Positions 49,448-60,384 of a DNA stretch of 64,000 bases are shown piece after piece. The stretch comes from the human T2T-CHM13v2.0 reference genome, Homo sapiens. Under the pieces are notes generated by a model that worked only from the letters and a program-made list of their open reading frames with translations, was not told the origin of the DNA and made no database searches. The stretch lies in NCBI RefSeq assembly GCF_009914755.1, contig NC_060938.1; one strand, written 5' to 3'. How positions within the stretch are numbered: the first letter of the stretch is position 1; each line of letters begins with the position of its first letter. A program made the position numbers and the translations under genes.

Positions 49448-49719
49448 AAGTGATTATTAATTAATTGAAATGTATAGGCCAGGCTTTTTAAGGATTCTAA
49501 TTTTAACAATGAATTGAACCAAAAGATTCTAAGATATTTGGGGAAATGTACACACTGCTTGGATATTTGATGATATTGAGAAATGACTGCTTATTTTGTG
49601 AAGTAGCAATTATGAATAAAAACAGAATACTAATCACTTACTAGACCAACCTCCTGAAATATTTGAAGATGAAATGTTAGATTAAAGCATTTAGCTAAGC
49701 AGAAAGATTTTGCTAGTCA

Positions 49720-49910
49720 AAAAGAAGAGCTTTGTGTAAGTGGAGTTGCCCAAAGATGGAATGGAGTGTCTTGACAAATAGTATGCACTTTATCACAGGT
49801 GGATAAGCAATCAGGGTTTGATGACCCCGGTAGAGAATATTGAGGAAGGACTTCTGGCAGTGTGTTAAATAATATCTAAGGTTCTTCTCAGCCTCATATT
49901 TTATGATTCT
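49720..49910 (+). mobile_element. L3/MIR3-type 3' end
   Basis: tctaaggttcttctcagcctc...ttttatgattct resembles the CR1/L3/MIR3 tail. Confidence 0.5.
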
Positions 49911-50025
49911 AAATAGATTTTATCTGTGTACCAATAATCTTAAAACTAAAAGTGATTCCTGGGATTTCCAGGACTTCAAATAACCTTTCCCATCTCTTCT
50001 CTGTCTTACATGCTTCAGAATCGTT

Positions 50026-50265
50026 CATGGGTGTCCAATCTTTTGGCTTCCCTGGGCCACATTGCCACATTAGAAGAAGAATAATTGTCTTGGGCCACAC
50101 ATAAAATACACTAACACTAAAGGTAGCTGATGAGCTAAAAAAAAAAAAAAAAGATTACTAAAAATTCTCATAATGTTTTAAGAAAGTTTATAAATTTGTG
50201 TTGCACCTCATTCAAAGCCATCCTGGGCCGCATGGAGCCTGTGGGCTGCAGGTTGGACAAGCCTG
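50026..50265. mobile_element. MER30 hAT-Charlie element
   Basis: gggtgtccaatcttttggcttccctgggccacatt...gctgatgagctaaaa...ggttggacaagcctg. Confidence 0.88.
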
Positions 50266-50457
50266 ATATAGAGAGATTAAATAAATTGGTCAGGGTCACA
50301 CAGCTAATAACGATATGTTCTTTCCATCACATCACATTGTAAATTTCTTCTGGCATTGTTTGGCAAGTCATTGGCCTCGTGGATTTTAATGTTTAATTAT
50401 AATACATTCTGGTCATTCATGTTCTGTTTTATTTGCTTTGCTGATTATTGTTCTCCT

Positions 50458-50493
50458 TATCATCATCATCATCATCACCATCATCATCATCAT
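50458..50493 (+). repeat. (CAT)n trinucleotide repeat
   Basis: Read directly from the sequence, with one CAC interruption. Confidence 0.9.
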
Positions 50494-50749
50494 AGTTATT
50501 AAGTATTTATATTTTTCCATGATTGTTATAAAGGTAGCCATGACTTAAATTTAAATAAATAGTATTTTATCCATCTTTTGTTTACTACTTGAACCTCAAA
50601 TTTGTAAGACTGCTATTTCAAAAAATAATAATATATCTTTTAGGAAGAGGACTTTGTGGGATTTTTTTAAAGGATATCTACTACCTTTTCAGCTATATGA
50701 TTTCTTTTTTCCAAAAGAAAGTGTGATCTCTTTAGTAAGTACCACATAT

Positions 50750-51110
50750 CCTCCAATTTCCTTAATAATCTCAGGTGCCTGTCTAGCTGATTTATAATTA
50801 TGCAAGTTTTCCAAGTTCTCTATTCCCTCACCTGATTTTTGCCAATAGCTATTTGGCAACGTTTATATCCTAATAGTCCAAATTTGTTGCTTCATTTTTC
50901 CTGTTAAAAGCAGATTCGAAGCATGAGTTCAGTGTCTCAGCCATTTTAGAATCATCCTCAATTTCATGTCTACGCCTGCTGATTGGCAGCCTTGATTTCT
51001 CCTGGTTGTTCAATGTCCCTGGACGTATTTATTAACGCCTTCTTTTGTACTTTGAAACCCATTTTAGCACTAATCATTTCACTACCTTTGTCTTTTCTCT
51101 ACCAAGTTTT
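50750..51110 (-). mobile_element. Ancient CR1/L3-clade LINE ORF2 remnant (region between EN and RT)
   Basis: Manual minus-strand translation with frameshifts: KEGVNKYVQ / EIEDDSKMAETLNSCFESAF / IGKNQVRE / LENLHNYKSA / HLRLLRKL, collinear with CR1 motifs KKxFYKYV, DxEKAExLNxFFxSVF and LxxLxxxKSxGPDxxHPRxLKEL. Confidence 0.65.
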
Positions 51111-53214
51111 AACTGATGTGGAATATTTTTACTCTATGCTCTTCTTTTTAGGCATGTCAAGCGAGAATTTTGCTCTCTCATCAGTCCTCTGTGATAGTAC
51201 ATTGAATGTGTCATGCAATTAGCATTGCTGTTTTTCAGAAGAATTGAAGCACTATCCTGATAATTTGGTTCTGAGCTTCACTTCTGCCTGAAATGTCTAG
51301 ATAATTGCAGCATATGTGGGTGTTGTGAGGTTTTTTTCTGCTTGAATTATCCAAATAATTGCTTTAATTCTCCACTTTGCCTTACATATAGAGACACAAA
51401 GAAAGTGGATCAAGAAAATGGAGGAACCACGGGAATTTTTTTGTGGAATCCTTATTCTGTGCAAGGCTATGATCTGATTGCCTTCTCTTCTGAAAGGAAG
51501 TGCCTTCTGGTCACCAATATGTCACTTGCCTGGTATCTCTATTTTGAGTATTTCTCTCTGTGTGAACTGCTGCTTAGCTGGCCAGGACTCAAATGGTTTC
51601 TTACATAACCCAGGATATTTTCTTAGATTCTCTTCTATGAGTCAGTGAATCATAATATTCAGGGCATATCAGAGATAAAAGAAGTCCAGAACATCAACCA
51701 CCTCTCAACCTCTGACCACTGACCCCACCATTATATAGATGTAGTCATTGAGACCTAAAGGGGTAATGTAAATATATACGCTTTCATAGAAAATCGGTGC
51801 AGAAGCAGGAACAAACAAACACAGGATGTATGCTAACTGTGGACCAAAAACAAAATGAAAACTCCAAAACTGATTTTACTTATCTTTTCCCTAAATGCAA
51901 ATAAAGCTCACAATATCAGTTGAGTCATCTATAAAACATGATTTAGGGAAAACTGGACGAGTGACAACAGAGGCTCTCTCCATCTCTTCCCAAGGCGGTA
52001 CTCTCCCCTCTTTTGTTGAGTAATGTAGGGTAGAGAAAAAAATAAAACAGACCTACATAATTCCTCCAGAAAAGGGGACGGCACCTGAAAGCAAGAAGTA
52101 TGTCTCCTTCCTCTTCTTCATCCTCTGCAGAGTTGTTCAAGAAGTCAGCTCTCAGGCACCAGCTAAAACTCTGGAGCCAGCACAACTCCAATTTTGGAAA
52201 CTACCATTATGGAAAGAAGAAAGTGAGCACAGCCGTGAGAGGTCTATGGCTCCGAATATGGAACTCTTCATCCTCTCAAACCTTTCTCCAGCTTCCATAG
52301 AAGACTTCATCTTCTTATCTCTATTATCATTTTCCTGCTCAGTGAAAGTTGCTCTTCTACCTCCACCCCCAGGCCTGGGGTGTGTGTGTGTGTGTGTGTG
52401 CTCCTTTGCAACTCAGCTCTAGGTGTCCAAGCAAAAGCTTGAGTTTTGCCGTCTCTTCCTTCAGCTTGGGATTCCTGTGGAAGGAATTGCTGACAGTGAA
52501 CACTGCCCACCACTAGAGAGCAGTCAAAGCCAACATTTTCCTGGGCAAAAACTTCTAAGAAGTTGTTTTCAAAGGAGCCAGGTTCTCTTGGTCCTCTCTT
52601 TCCCTCTCTCATCTTTCTCAGGGCGGAGCACCCTGTCGGTCTCCTTCACAAAGGCATATTCTACATGTCTATTTAGACATTATGGGCGCAATGAACACTG
52701 TGTTAATTCTGCCAGAGAAGCCATTGTCAAAAACGTTTGTTCTTGAAATCTTCATGTTTTTACCCCATCAGCACAAACACAGCATCAAGCTGACCTAGGT
52801 GAATCATAAAATGTTGAAAATAAAGGCAATCTTGCAGTTAAAAAAAGAGTTATCTTCATAAATCCATAAAGGAAACAAAATCAGACCTTGGTTGATTCTT
52901 CCCTAACCCTCTTTAGTGAGACTAACAGCAGACAAACCTAAGCAGGGTCCTATGCACATCTTCAGATATGCTTTATTCCTTCAGACAACATGCTTTTTCC
53001 AACCTTAATGAAGAGAACAATTGTGCCTCATATAGGCTGTCTTTCAAATTTCAGTAGGTCCATGTCTACATTATTTAACTTACTTTAATGAACAGTAAAA
53101 GAAAATAATTATTGCAGATTGGCCTGTTAGTGTGCAGGAAGAATCCTCTAGTCTACTAGACTGGAAGGTGAAGAAAGGGAAAAAACTTCTGGAAGGAAAG
53201 GTAGCTGGATTCAC

Positions 53215-53425
53215 ATTCACTCTGGATTCAACCTTAGATTTACATTTGAATCATGTCTTTGCCACTTGCTTAAGTGTAACCTCAGGCAAGTTACTTAAGT
53301 TCTCTCTAAATCTTAGTTTCTTCCTCTGTAAATTGGAGGTCATAAGTGTTTTCATCAAATAGCATAGTTTTAAGAATTAAAAGAACAGTGTATGTAAAGC
53401 ACTTAATAAAGATTTGCTGTTATTG
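53215..53425 (+). mobile_element. MIR SINE
   Basis: tttgaatcatgtctttgccacttgc...tgtaacctcaggcaagttacttaa...agtttcttcctctgtaaat...tgtaaagcactta. Confidence 0.75.
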
Positions 53426-54264
53426 TTCAGGAAGAGAACTTTGTGACTTATTTCTGACTTCTTCCTCTATTGCTTTATTTCTATACATCCAATTTCAATT
53501 TTAATTTTGCTAAATATTCATTATACATGTTTTATGTTCCATGTATAATATAATTCTGATCCTCAAGAGGTTACAATGTGGTTTTTAAAAGAGATAAATA
53601 TGAAGGAATGAAATACAAAGAAGACACATCTTATAACATTAGATTCTAAAGATAACACATAACACAGAAGGTCTATATTGTCAATACTACCCGCAAGAGT
53701 CCCAGAACTGGGCTTCTCATAAAGTCCAGTTCTACATATACATATATATGAGTTTTTTTAACTCTTTATTACCCAGCATTAAAGATTAATAAATTTATGG
53801 CTGAAATGAATGCACCAAAGTCACCCCTGTTATTGGTATCACCAGCTTCTTGCTTGACCTCTTACATAATAAGAATCACATCTCAGTCATGAAAAAGAAC
53901 TTTTAAATCAATTCACACTTATTTTCTGAGATTCTTTCAGGCTTGGTTGCATTCATTGCCTGTTTAATATAAATGATGCAATAGCACCATTGCCAAGCAC
54001 CTTGAGTTGGATTCTTTCAGCCGATGCCCTGAGCAATTTAACTCCACGCTATGGGCTAAATGGAAATTCAGTCCACTTGTTGTTGGAGCACAAAACAAAG
54101 TTCAAGTAATTATCACTGTAGGGCATTTAGGGAAGGATCCACAGAAGATGGAATTGAACTTGCATGATGAGTTGGATTTTAATAAAGAAAGACGATGAGG
54201 AAGAAAAGGAGATTATACAAGGATGAGGGAAGAACATGATTAAAGACAGCAAGAAAGAAGGGAA

Positions 54265-54480
54265 AATAGCATTTATTGATTAACCCCTATGAAACTAGTT
54301 GGACACCTTGACTCCCTTAACTTGTTTCATTGTCTCCACAAACCTGAAAGGTTTATAGGATTAGCTCCATTCTTGCCAATCAAGGGAACATGAGATGGAG
54401 GATGTGCAATAAAGTCACACAGCCAGTAAGCAGCAAAACCAGGATTTGTATTCAGATGAACAGAATTCCAAAATACATGC
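54265..54480 (-). mobile_element. MIR SINE
   Basis: atagcatttattga...aagtcacacagccagtaagcagcaaaaccaggatttg. Confidence 0.55.
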
Positions 54481-54989
54481 CCACTATGCCACATTGCCAA
54501 AGGCAAAAAGAAGTATAATTACAGAGGAGGTGATGCTGAAATAAAAGCAAAACCATTGCATTGTCTCTTTGAGAGACAATAAACATTTTAACAGGGTTTT
54601 CTTTTTTATTAAAAAGTGCTTGCTAAACATTAAAAAATGATAACTATACGTTGCTACAATTTTCCCCCTGCAGCTGGGGACTTGCTCATAGATGACCACT
54701 GACTTTTTCATAACCAAGGCTAATCAAGAGACCAACTAGCATTTTGAAAAAAATGAGAGAAAGTCTGAGGTTAAGCAGATAAAAGAGTTATGAGTGAGTT
54801 AGAAAATAATGGATGCTAAGTGGAAAGGATGCTATAGATGGGAAAAGAACCTAGCCACTATGAATATATCAAGTAGTCAAATGTGTCCTTTTTTAGGAAA
54901 CTATAACCCATCTGTTTGAAATAGAGATATTTCTTTATTATTGCTGTTCTTTCATTAATTAGAGCTGATCCAAGTCTAAACTCTAGCCC

Positions 54990-55255
54990 CTACCTTAAGA
55001 AGTTACAAAGATCTCATTTTTCAAGATCTAGCTAAAAAAGCACTTCTTTCTAAAAGGCTTATTTAATCCCTTACAGCGAGATTTTTGAACTCTTACAGGC
55101 ATTTTTGTTTGTATCTATATTTTTTATTTATTGATGGCTTATCTTTCCTTTTAGACTGTAAGGTCCTGGAAACTACGGTAAGTATGATTCATTATTGTAT
55201 GTCCAGACCCTGCTTTACATATAGTCAGCACTCAAAATATTTGTTGGGTGAATAT
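54990..55255 (+). mobile_element. L2 3' end
   Basis: ttagactgtaaggtcctgga...tagtcagcactcaaaatatttgttgggtgaat. Confidence 0.6.
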
Positions 55256-55444
55256 TGCAAGTGTTTCAGATGGGTTAGCACCAGCTTTTCAAATCAAGCG
55301 TTATGTATACATAAATTATTTTCTGCCTATTCTTTTTTTCCATTAGTCATCTCATGGTCACTGCAATAATTGTAGATTCTATAACATCCTGAGTGAATGG
55401 ACTACCCTGCTGAACAAATAAACTTAGTGAATCTGGATTTCCAA

Positions 55445-56660
55445 ATGAAACTGGTTCCCCATCTCTCACTTTAAACAAAAATAAACTCAAGATGAATCAA
55501 AGACCTAATTCAAGACCTGAAACCCTAAAAATTCTAGAAGATAACATTGGAAAAACCCTTCTGGATATTGGCCTAGGCAAATAATTCATGACTAAGACAC
55601 CAAAAGCAAATGCAACAAGAACAAAAATAAGTAAATAGAAGCTAATTAAACTAAAAAGCTCCTGCACACCAAAAGAAATAATCAGCAGAGTAAACAGACA
55701 ACCCACAGAGTGGGAGAAAATATTTGCAAACTATGCATCTGACAAAGGACTAATATCTGGAATCTACAAGGAACTCAAACAAATCATCCAGAAAAAGTCA
55801 AATAATCCCATCAATAAGTGGGCAAGATATGAATAGAAAGTTCATCATCAAAAGAAGATGAACAAGCAGCCAACCAACATATGAAAAAAGTGCTCAACCT
55901 CACTAATTATCAAGAAAATGCAAATTAAAACCACAATGGGATACTGCACCTTTCTTCTACGAGAATGGCCATAATTTAAAAGTCAAAAAACAATAGATAC
56001 TGGCATGGCTGTGGTGCAAAGAGAACACTTTTACACTTCTGCTGGGAATGTAAGTCAGTACATCCTCTATGGAAAACAGTATGGAGATTCCTTAAAGAAC
56101 TAAAAGTAGATCTACCGTACAACCCAGCAATCCCACTACTGGATATCTATTCAAATGAAAAGAAGTCATTATGTGAAAAAGACACATACACACGCAAGTT
56201 TATAGCAGCACAATTAACAATTACAAAGATACAGAACAAACCCAAGTGCTCATCGATCAAAAAGTAGATAATGAAAATGTGGTATATGTACACCATGGAA
56301 TACTACTCAGCCATAACAAGGAATGAAATAGTGGTCTTTTGCAGTAACTTGGATGGTGCTAGAGACCGTTATTCTAAGTGAAGTAACTCATGAATGTAAA
56401 ACAAAATACCATATGTTCTCACTAATAAGTGGGAGCTAAAGCTATGAGGTCACAAAGACATTACAGAGTGACATAATGGATTTTGGAGACTCACTGTGTG
56501 GGTGGAGATTGGGAGAGAGGGTGATGGATAAAAGACTACATATTGGGTATGGTGTATACTGCTCAGGTGACAGAAAATGTCAGAATTCACCATTATAGAA
56601 TCCCATCCATGTAACCAAAAACCACTTGTACCCCAAAAGCTATTGAAATTAAAAAAAAAT
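55445..56660 (+). mobile_element. 5'-truncated L1PB (PB1-PB3)
   Basis: ORF2 C-terminal remnant. 3'UTR ggataaaagactacatattgggta...catgtaaccaaaaaccacttgtaccccaaaagctattgaaat plus A tail. Confidence 0.85.
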
Positions 56661-57120
56661 AGAAATGATATTAAAAGATCAAAATTCTGCATAGAATTAA
56701 TTATAGGAAAAATATTTATCACTAATAGCCCAAAGTGATTATAGCTTTTGTTAAAGCCACCGAATAAAACTTTTCGTCAAAAGGGTTCCATAATTTCAGG
56801 CTTCAATTCACTTCTAGCAGTGACATTTAAAACCTACAAAGAGTAAAGCAATGAGACATAGTTATGGTGAAAACAAAATAAATAACTATGTGGACCAAAA
56901 TCCAAGCCCACAAGTGATGCTGAAGCTCAAAGCTACAGAGGTCTGAAGTCAAAAGCAGACTAGGCCACTCAGAGAGCTGGCTCTTGCAGAGACCTAGTGA
57001 CTACAAGGGTTCAACAAGAGTCGGGAGGTAGGAGGGAGCAGATTCACTGTTTAAAACCAGGGAAAAGTGGATCTCTTCACCTGCAAAAGCGTGGTTTGGG
57101 GTGGGTGGGTGGGTGGCTGC

Positions 57121-57512
57121 TGTGATGGTTAATACTGAGGGTCTACCTGATTGGATTGAAGGATGTGAACTATTGCTCCTGGATGTATCTGTAAGGGTGT
57201 TGCCAAAGGAGATTCACTTTTGAGTTAGTGGGCTGGGAAAGGCAGACCCACCCTTAATCTGGGTGGGCACCATATAATCAGATGCCAGTGTGGCTAGAAT
57301 ATAAAACAGGCAGAAAAACGTGAAAAGGTTAGAATGGCTTAGACTCCCAGCCTACATCTTTCTCCCGTGCTAGATGCTTCCTGCCCTTTAACATTGGACT
57401 TGAAGTTCTTCAGCTTTGGGACTGGGACTGGCTTCCTTGCTCCTCAGCTTGCAGATAGCCTATTGTGGGACCTTGTGATTGTGTGAGTTAACACTCCTTA
57501 ATAAACCCCCAC
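57121..57512 (+). mobile_element. MLT2A1-type (HERVL) LTR lacking its 3' end
   Basis: tgtgatggttaatactgag...tgattggattgaaggatg...ggcagacccacccttaatctgggtggg...cttaataaac. The usual ...ccctgactaataca end is absent. Confidence 0.85.
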
Positions 57513-57669
57513 ACATATCTAGAGGATATATATTTACATATCCAGAGGAAGTTGTTATACAACTATCTAGAGGAAGCTATATATACTTATATAAGATATA
57601 TTTACATATCTAGAGGAAGTATATATTTGATACACAACTTCCTCTAGATATGTAAATATATCTTAATGT

Positions 57670-58130
57670 TTTTCTGAATCATATAAAAGAAAGCTACAGA
57701 AATTATATCTATTTACCCCTAAGTACTTATATTTGTATAACCACAATAAGATAATAAAAATCAGGAAAATAATAAAGATACAACACTATTCTATAATCTA
57801 TAAAACTTACTCAAATTTTGTTCATTGTCCCAATATTATTCTTTACAGCAAATAAAGAAGAATAAATATGCTTTAGGATCACATAATTCATTTAGTTGTC
57901 ATGTAACTTTCATATCTTGAATCAGTCTCTTTTTGTCTCTAATGACATAAAAATTTTGCAGATGTCCCTCAATTTATGGATGTCTGATGTTTCCTCAAAG
58001 TTAGATTTGGGTTATACCCTCTTGTCAGGAATACTACAGAAGTGATTTGGCTTCCATGGCTTTTAATACAAAGTCTGCAGTAATTCTTATCTTTTGTCTC
58101 ACTAAATAATGTTGGGGGGTCGTTCTTGCT
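57670..58130 (-). mobile_element. L1MC-type 3'UTR fragment
   Basis: ttttctgaatcat...tttacccctaagtactt...ataaccaca...aaaatcaggaaa...caggaatactacagaagtgat. Confidence 0.6.
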
Positions 58131-58532
58131 GTTTTTAAGATTCATCACTTTATTAATGGTTTTTACTAATTTAATTACCATGTTCCTTGCTGTAGTTCTT
58201 ATTTTCCAATTATATATATGCTAGGTCCCTTGAAAGTTCCTCAGGATACTGAGTCTCTATTCATGTTTTTAAATCTTTTCTCTATGCTCCATTTAGTTAG
58301 GATAGTTTCTACGGCTGTATAGCTAAGTCAAATAATCTTTACTTCTGCAGTGTCAGTTCTGCTGTAAATACTGTCCAGTGAATTTTTTAAATTTCAGATA
58401 CTGTATTTCACAAATAAATGATTCTTTTGGTGTTTTTATATCTCTTAATTCTCTCTTCATTATGTTCATATTTTATTTTATTTAAATATTTTATTTTATT
58501 TAAATATTTAAATATTTAAATCCTTGAGAATG

Positions 58533-58592
58533 TTATATATATATACACACACATATATATGTGTGTGTGTGTATATATATATATGTCCCTGT

Positions 58593-58645
<53 letters not shown>

Positions 58646-58715
58646 CAGGGACATATATATATATACACACACACACATATATATATACAGGGACATATAT
58701 ATATATGTCCCTGTT
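58533..58715. repeat. AT-rich palindromic repeat: (TA)n/(CA)n with inverted copies of gtccctgt
   Basis: 58553-58684 is self-complementary except for one base at 58612. Confidence 0.9.
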
Positions 58716-59239
58716 CTGCTAATTCCATCGTCTCATTTTTATGTCCGTTTCTACTAATTTATTTTCTTCTGATTATGAGTCATATTTTCCTAATTCTTGA
58801 CATGTTCTACTAAAAACATTCTAGTAATGTTTTTATTAGATGCTGGATCTTGTGATTTGTATGTTTTTCAGTGCCTGGATTTTATTGTTTTCCTTTAAAG
58901 TTTGCTGGACTTTACTCGTGAATTAGCTGGATCTTTCTGTGGCTTGATTTTAAGATTTGTTACAGAAGGTCTAGAGTAGCCTTTCCTCTCAGAGTTGTTT
59001 AGCCCTACTACTAAATTTGACCCTTCTAGGGTCTCTATCCATCGTTTAGTTAACCAGTGACAACTCTTAATTCTAGATGGTTAGAGCCTGAACATTTTCC
59101 CCACTCTCTGTACACTCTAGGAATATTTCAATTTATTGCTCCATAAAAGTGATTCTCTCTTCAGCCCCATGGAATTTTATTTTACACATGTAGAGATTAA
59201 CCATCACTAAATACCCAAGATTTATGTAGATTTTGGAAG

Positions 59240-59240
<1 letters not shown>

Positions 59241-59273
<33 letters not shown>

Positions 59274-59315
59274 ATGTATGTAGTAGTATCAGTAGCAGTA
59301 GTAGTAATAATAATA
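59241..59315 (+). repeat. (TG)n followed by degenerate (TAG)/(TAA) repeats
   Basis: Read directly from the sequence. Confidence 0.9.
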
Positions 59316-60003
59316 GCTCCCTCTTCTCTGGACATCTGCCCTAAAACCTCTGCCTCCATGACCTGTGTCTGATTTCCCTAAACTCAATGAGGCTAGTATT
59401 CTGCTTAGGATTCTCGTCTTCACACCATAGTCTAAAATGTGCCTCCAGTTAGGAAGTCAGACTAATCTTAGGGTCCACTTTTATTTTCCTACTCTCAGGG
59501 GTCCCTGTCCTGTGCTGCCAGTTGTTCACTATCTGAAAACAACTGGTTCATATACTTTTGTTCATTTTTCTAGTTGTTTACAGAGGAAGTGTAAGTTTAT
59601 TCCCTGTTATGTCATCGTTGCCAGAAGTAAAAAATTGCCCCTTCCTCTTTCTTCTCTTCTCCCCAAGAAACAATTCTTGTCTAATACTGTGTTCCAGGAC
59701 ACTACAAACTTTTACATCAGTGCTCTGATTTACTAGGATTGTTCCTCAGTATTTTTGTACTTATGAAAACTTTGTCTTTCTAGTGTAGTTTTCTCTTAAT
59801 CTTCTCTCCTCTGTGTACTTTCACTCTTTCCTTTTGTTCCCCACAAAGCCTTATAGTAGAAGATGAAAAATTAGTTATCCCCAAAATTACTGTTTTTTCT
59901 TTTTTATTTATAGAAATTTATCTTCTGTAATTTGAAGTCTATGTTTCTTTGTCTTCTAGTTATGATGAAGGTTTGAGATTTGTGTGCATTCATTTATTTT
60001 TGC

Positions 60004-60377
60004 TGTATATTTATTAGTCCGTTTTCAAACTGCTATAAAGAACTGCCTGAGACTGGGTAATTTATAAAGGAAAAAGGTTTAATTGACTCACAATTCAGCA
60101 TAGCTGGGGAGGCCTCAGGAAACTTACAATCCTGGCAGAAGGAGAAGCAAACCTGTCCTTCACATGGTGGCAACAAGGAGAAGTGCTGAGCAAAGTGGGG
60201 GAAAAGCCCCTAATAAAACCATCAGATCTCATGAGAACTCACTATCATGAGGACAGTATGAAGATAACTGCCCCATGATTAAGTTACCTCTTACCAAGTC
60301 CCTCCCATGACATGTGAAGATTATAGGCACTATGATTCAAGATGGGATTTGGGTGGGGACACAGCCAAATCATATCA
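60004..60377 (-). mobile_element. THE1C-type (MaLR) solo LTR
   Basis: tattagtccgttttca...gagactgggtaatttata...aaaaccatcagatctcatgagaactcac...gggtggggacacagccaaatcatatca. Confidence 0.88.
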
Positions 60378-60384
60378 GGCCAGA

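Larger units (their letters stand above)
58190..59630 (-). mobile_element. Old L1M 5'/ORF1 region fragment
   Basis: Antisense L1M motifs (tttcagatactgtatttc, ggtctagagtagccttt, tgtcctgtgctgcc.gttgttcact.tctgaaaaca). Confidence 0.55.

Noticed and set aside
50750-51320. Processed pseudogene of a cellular gene
   Set aside because: No poly-A or TSD, and the peptide motifs fit CR1 ORF2 better.
57511-57666. CRISPR-like repeat-spacer array or a miRNA gene
   Set aside because: Eukaryotic context, units of irregular length copied from the flank, no cas genes and no expression evidence.
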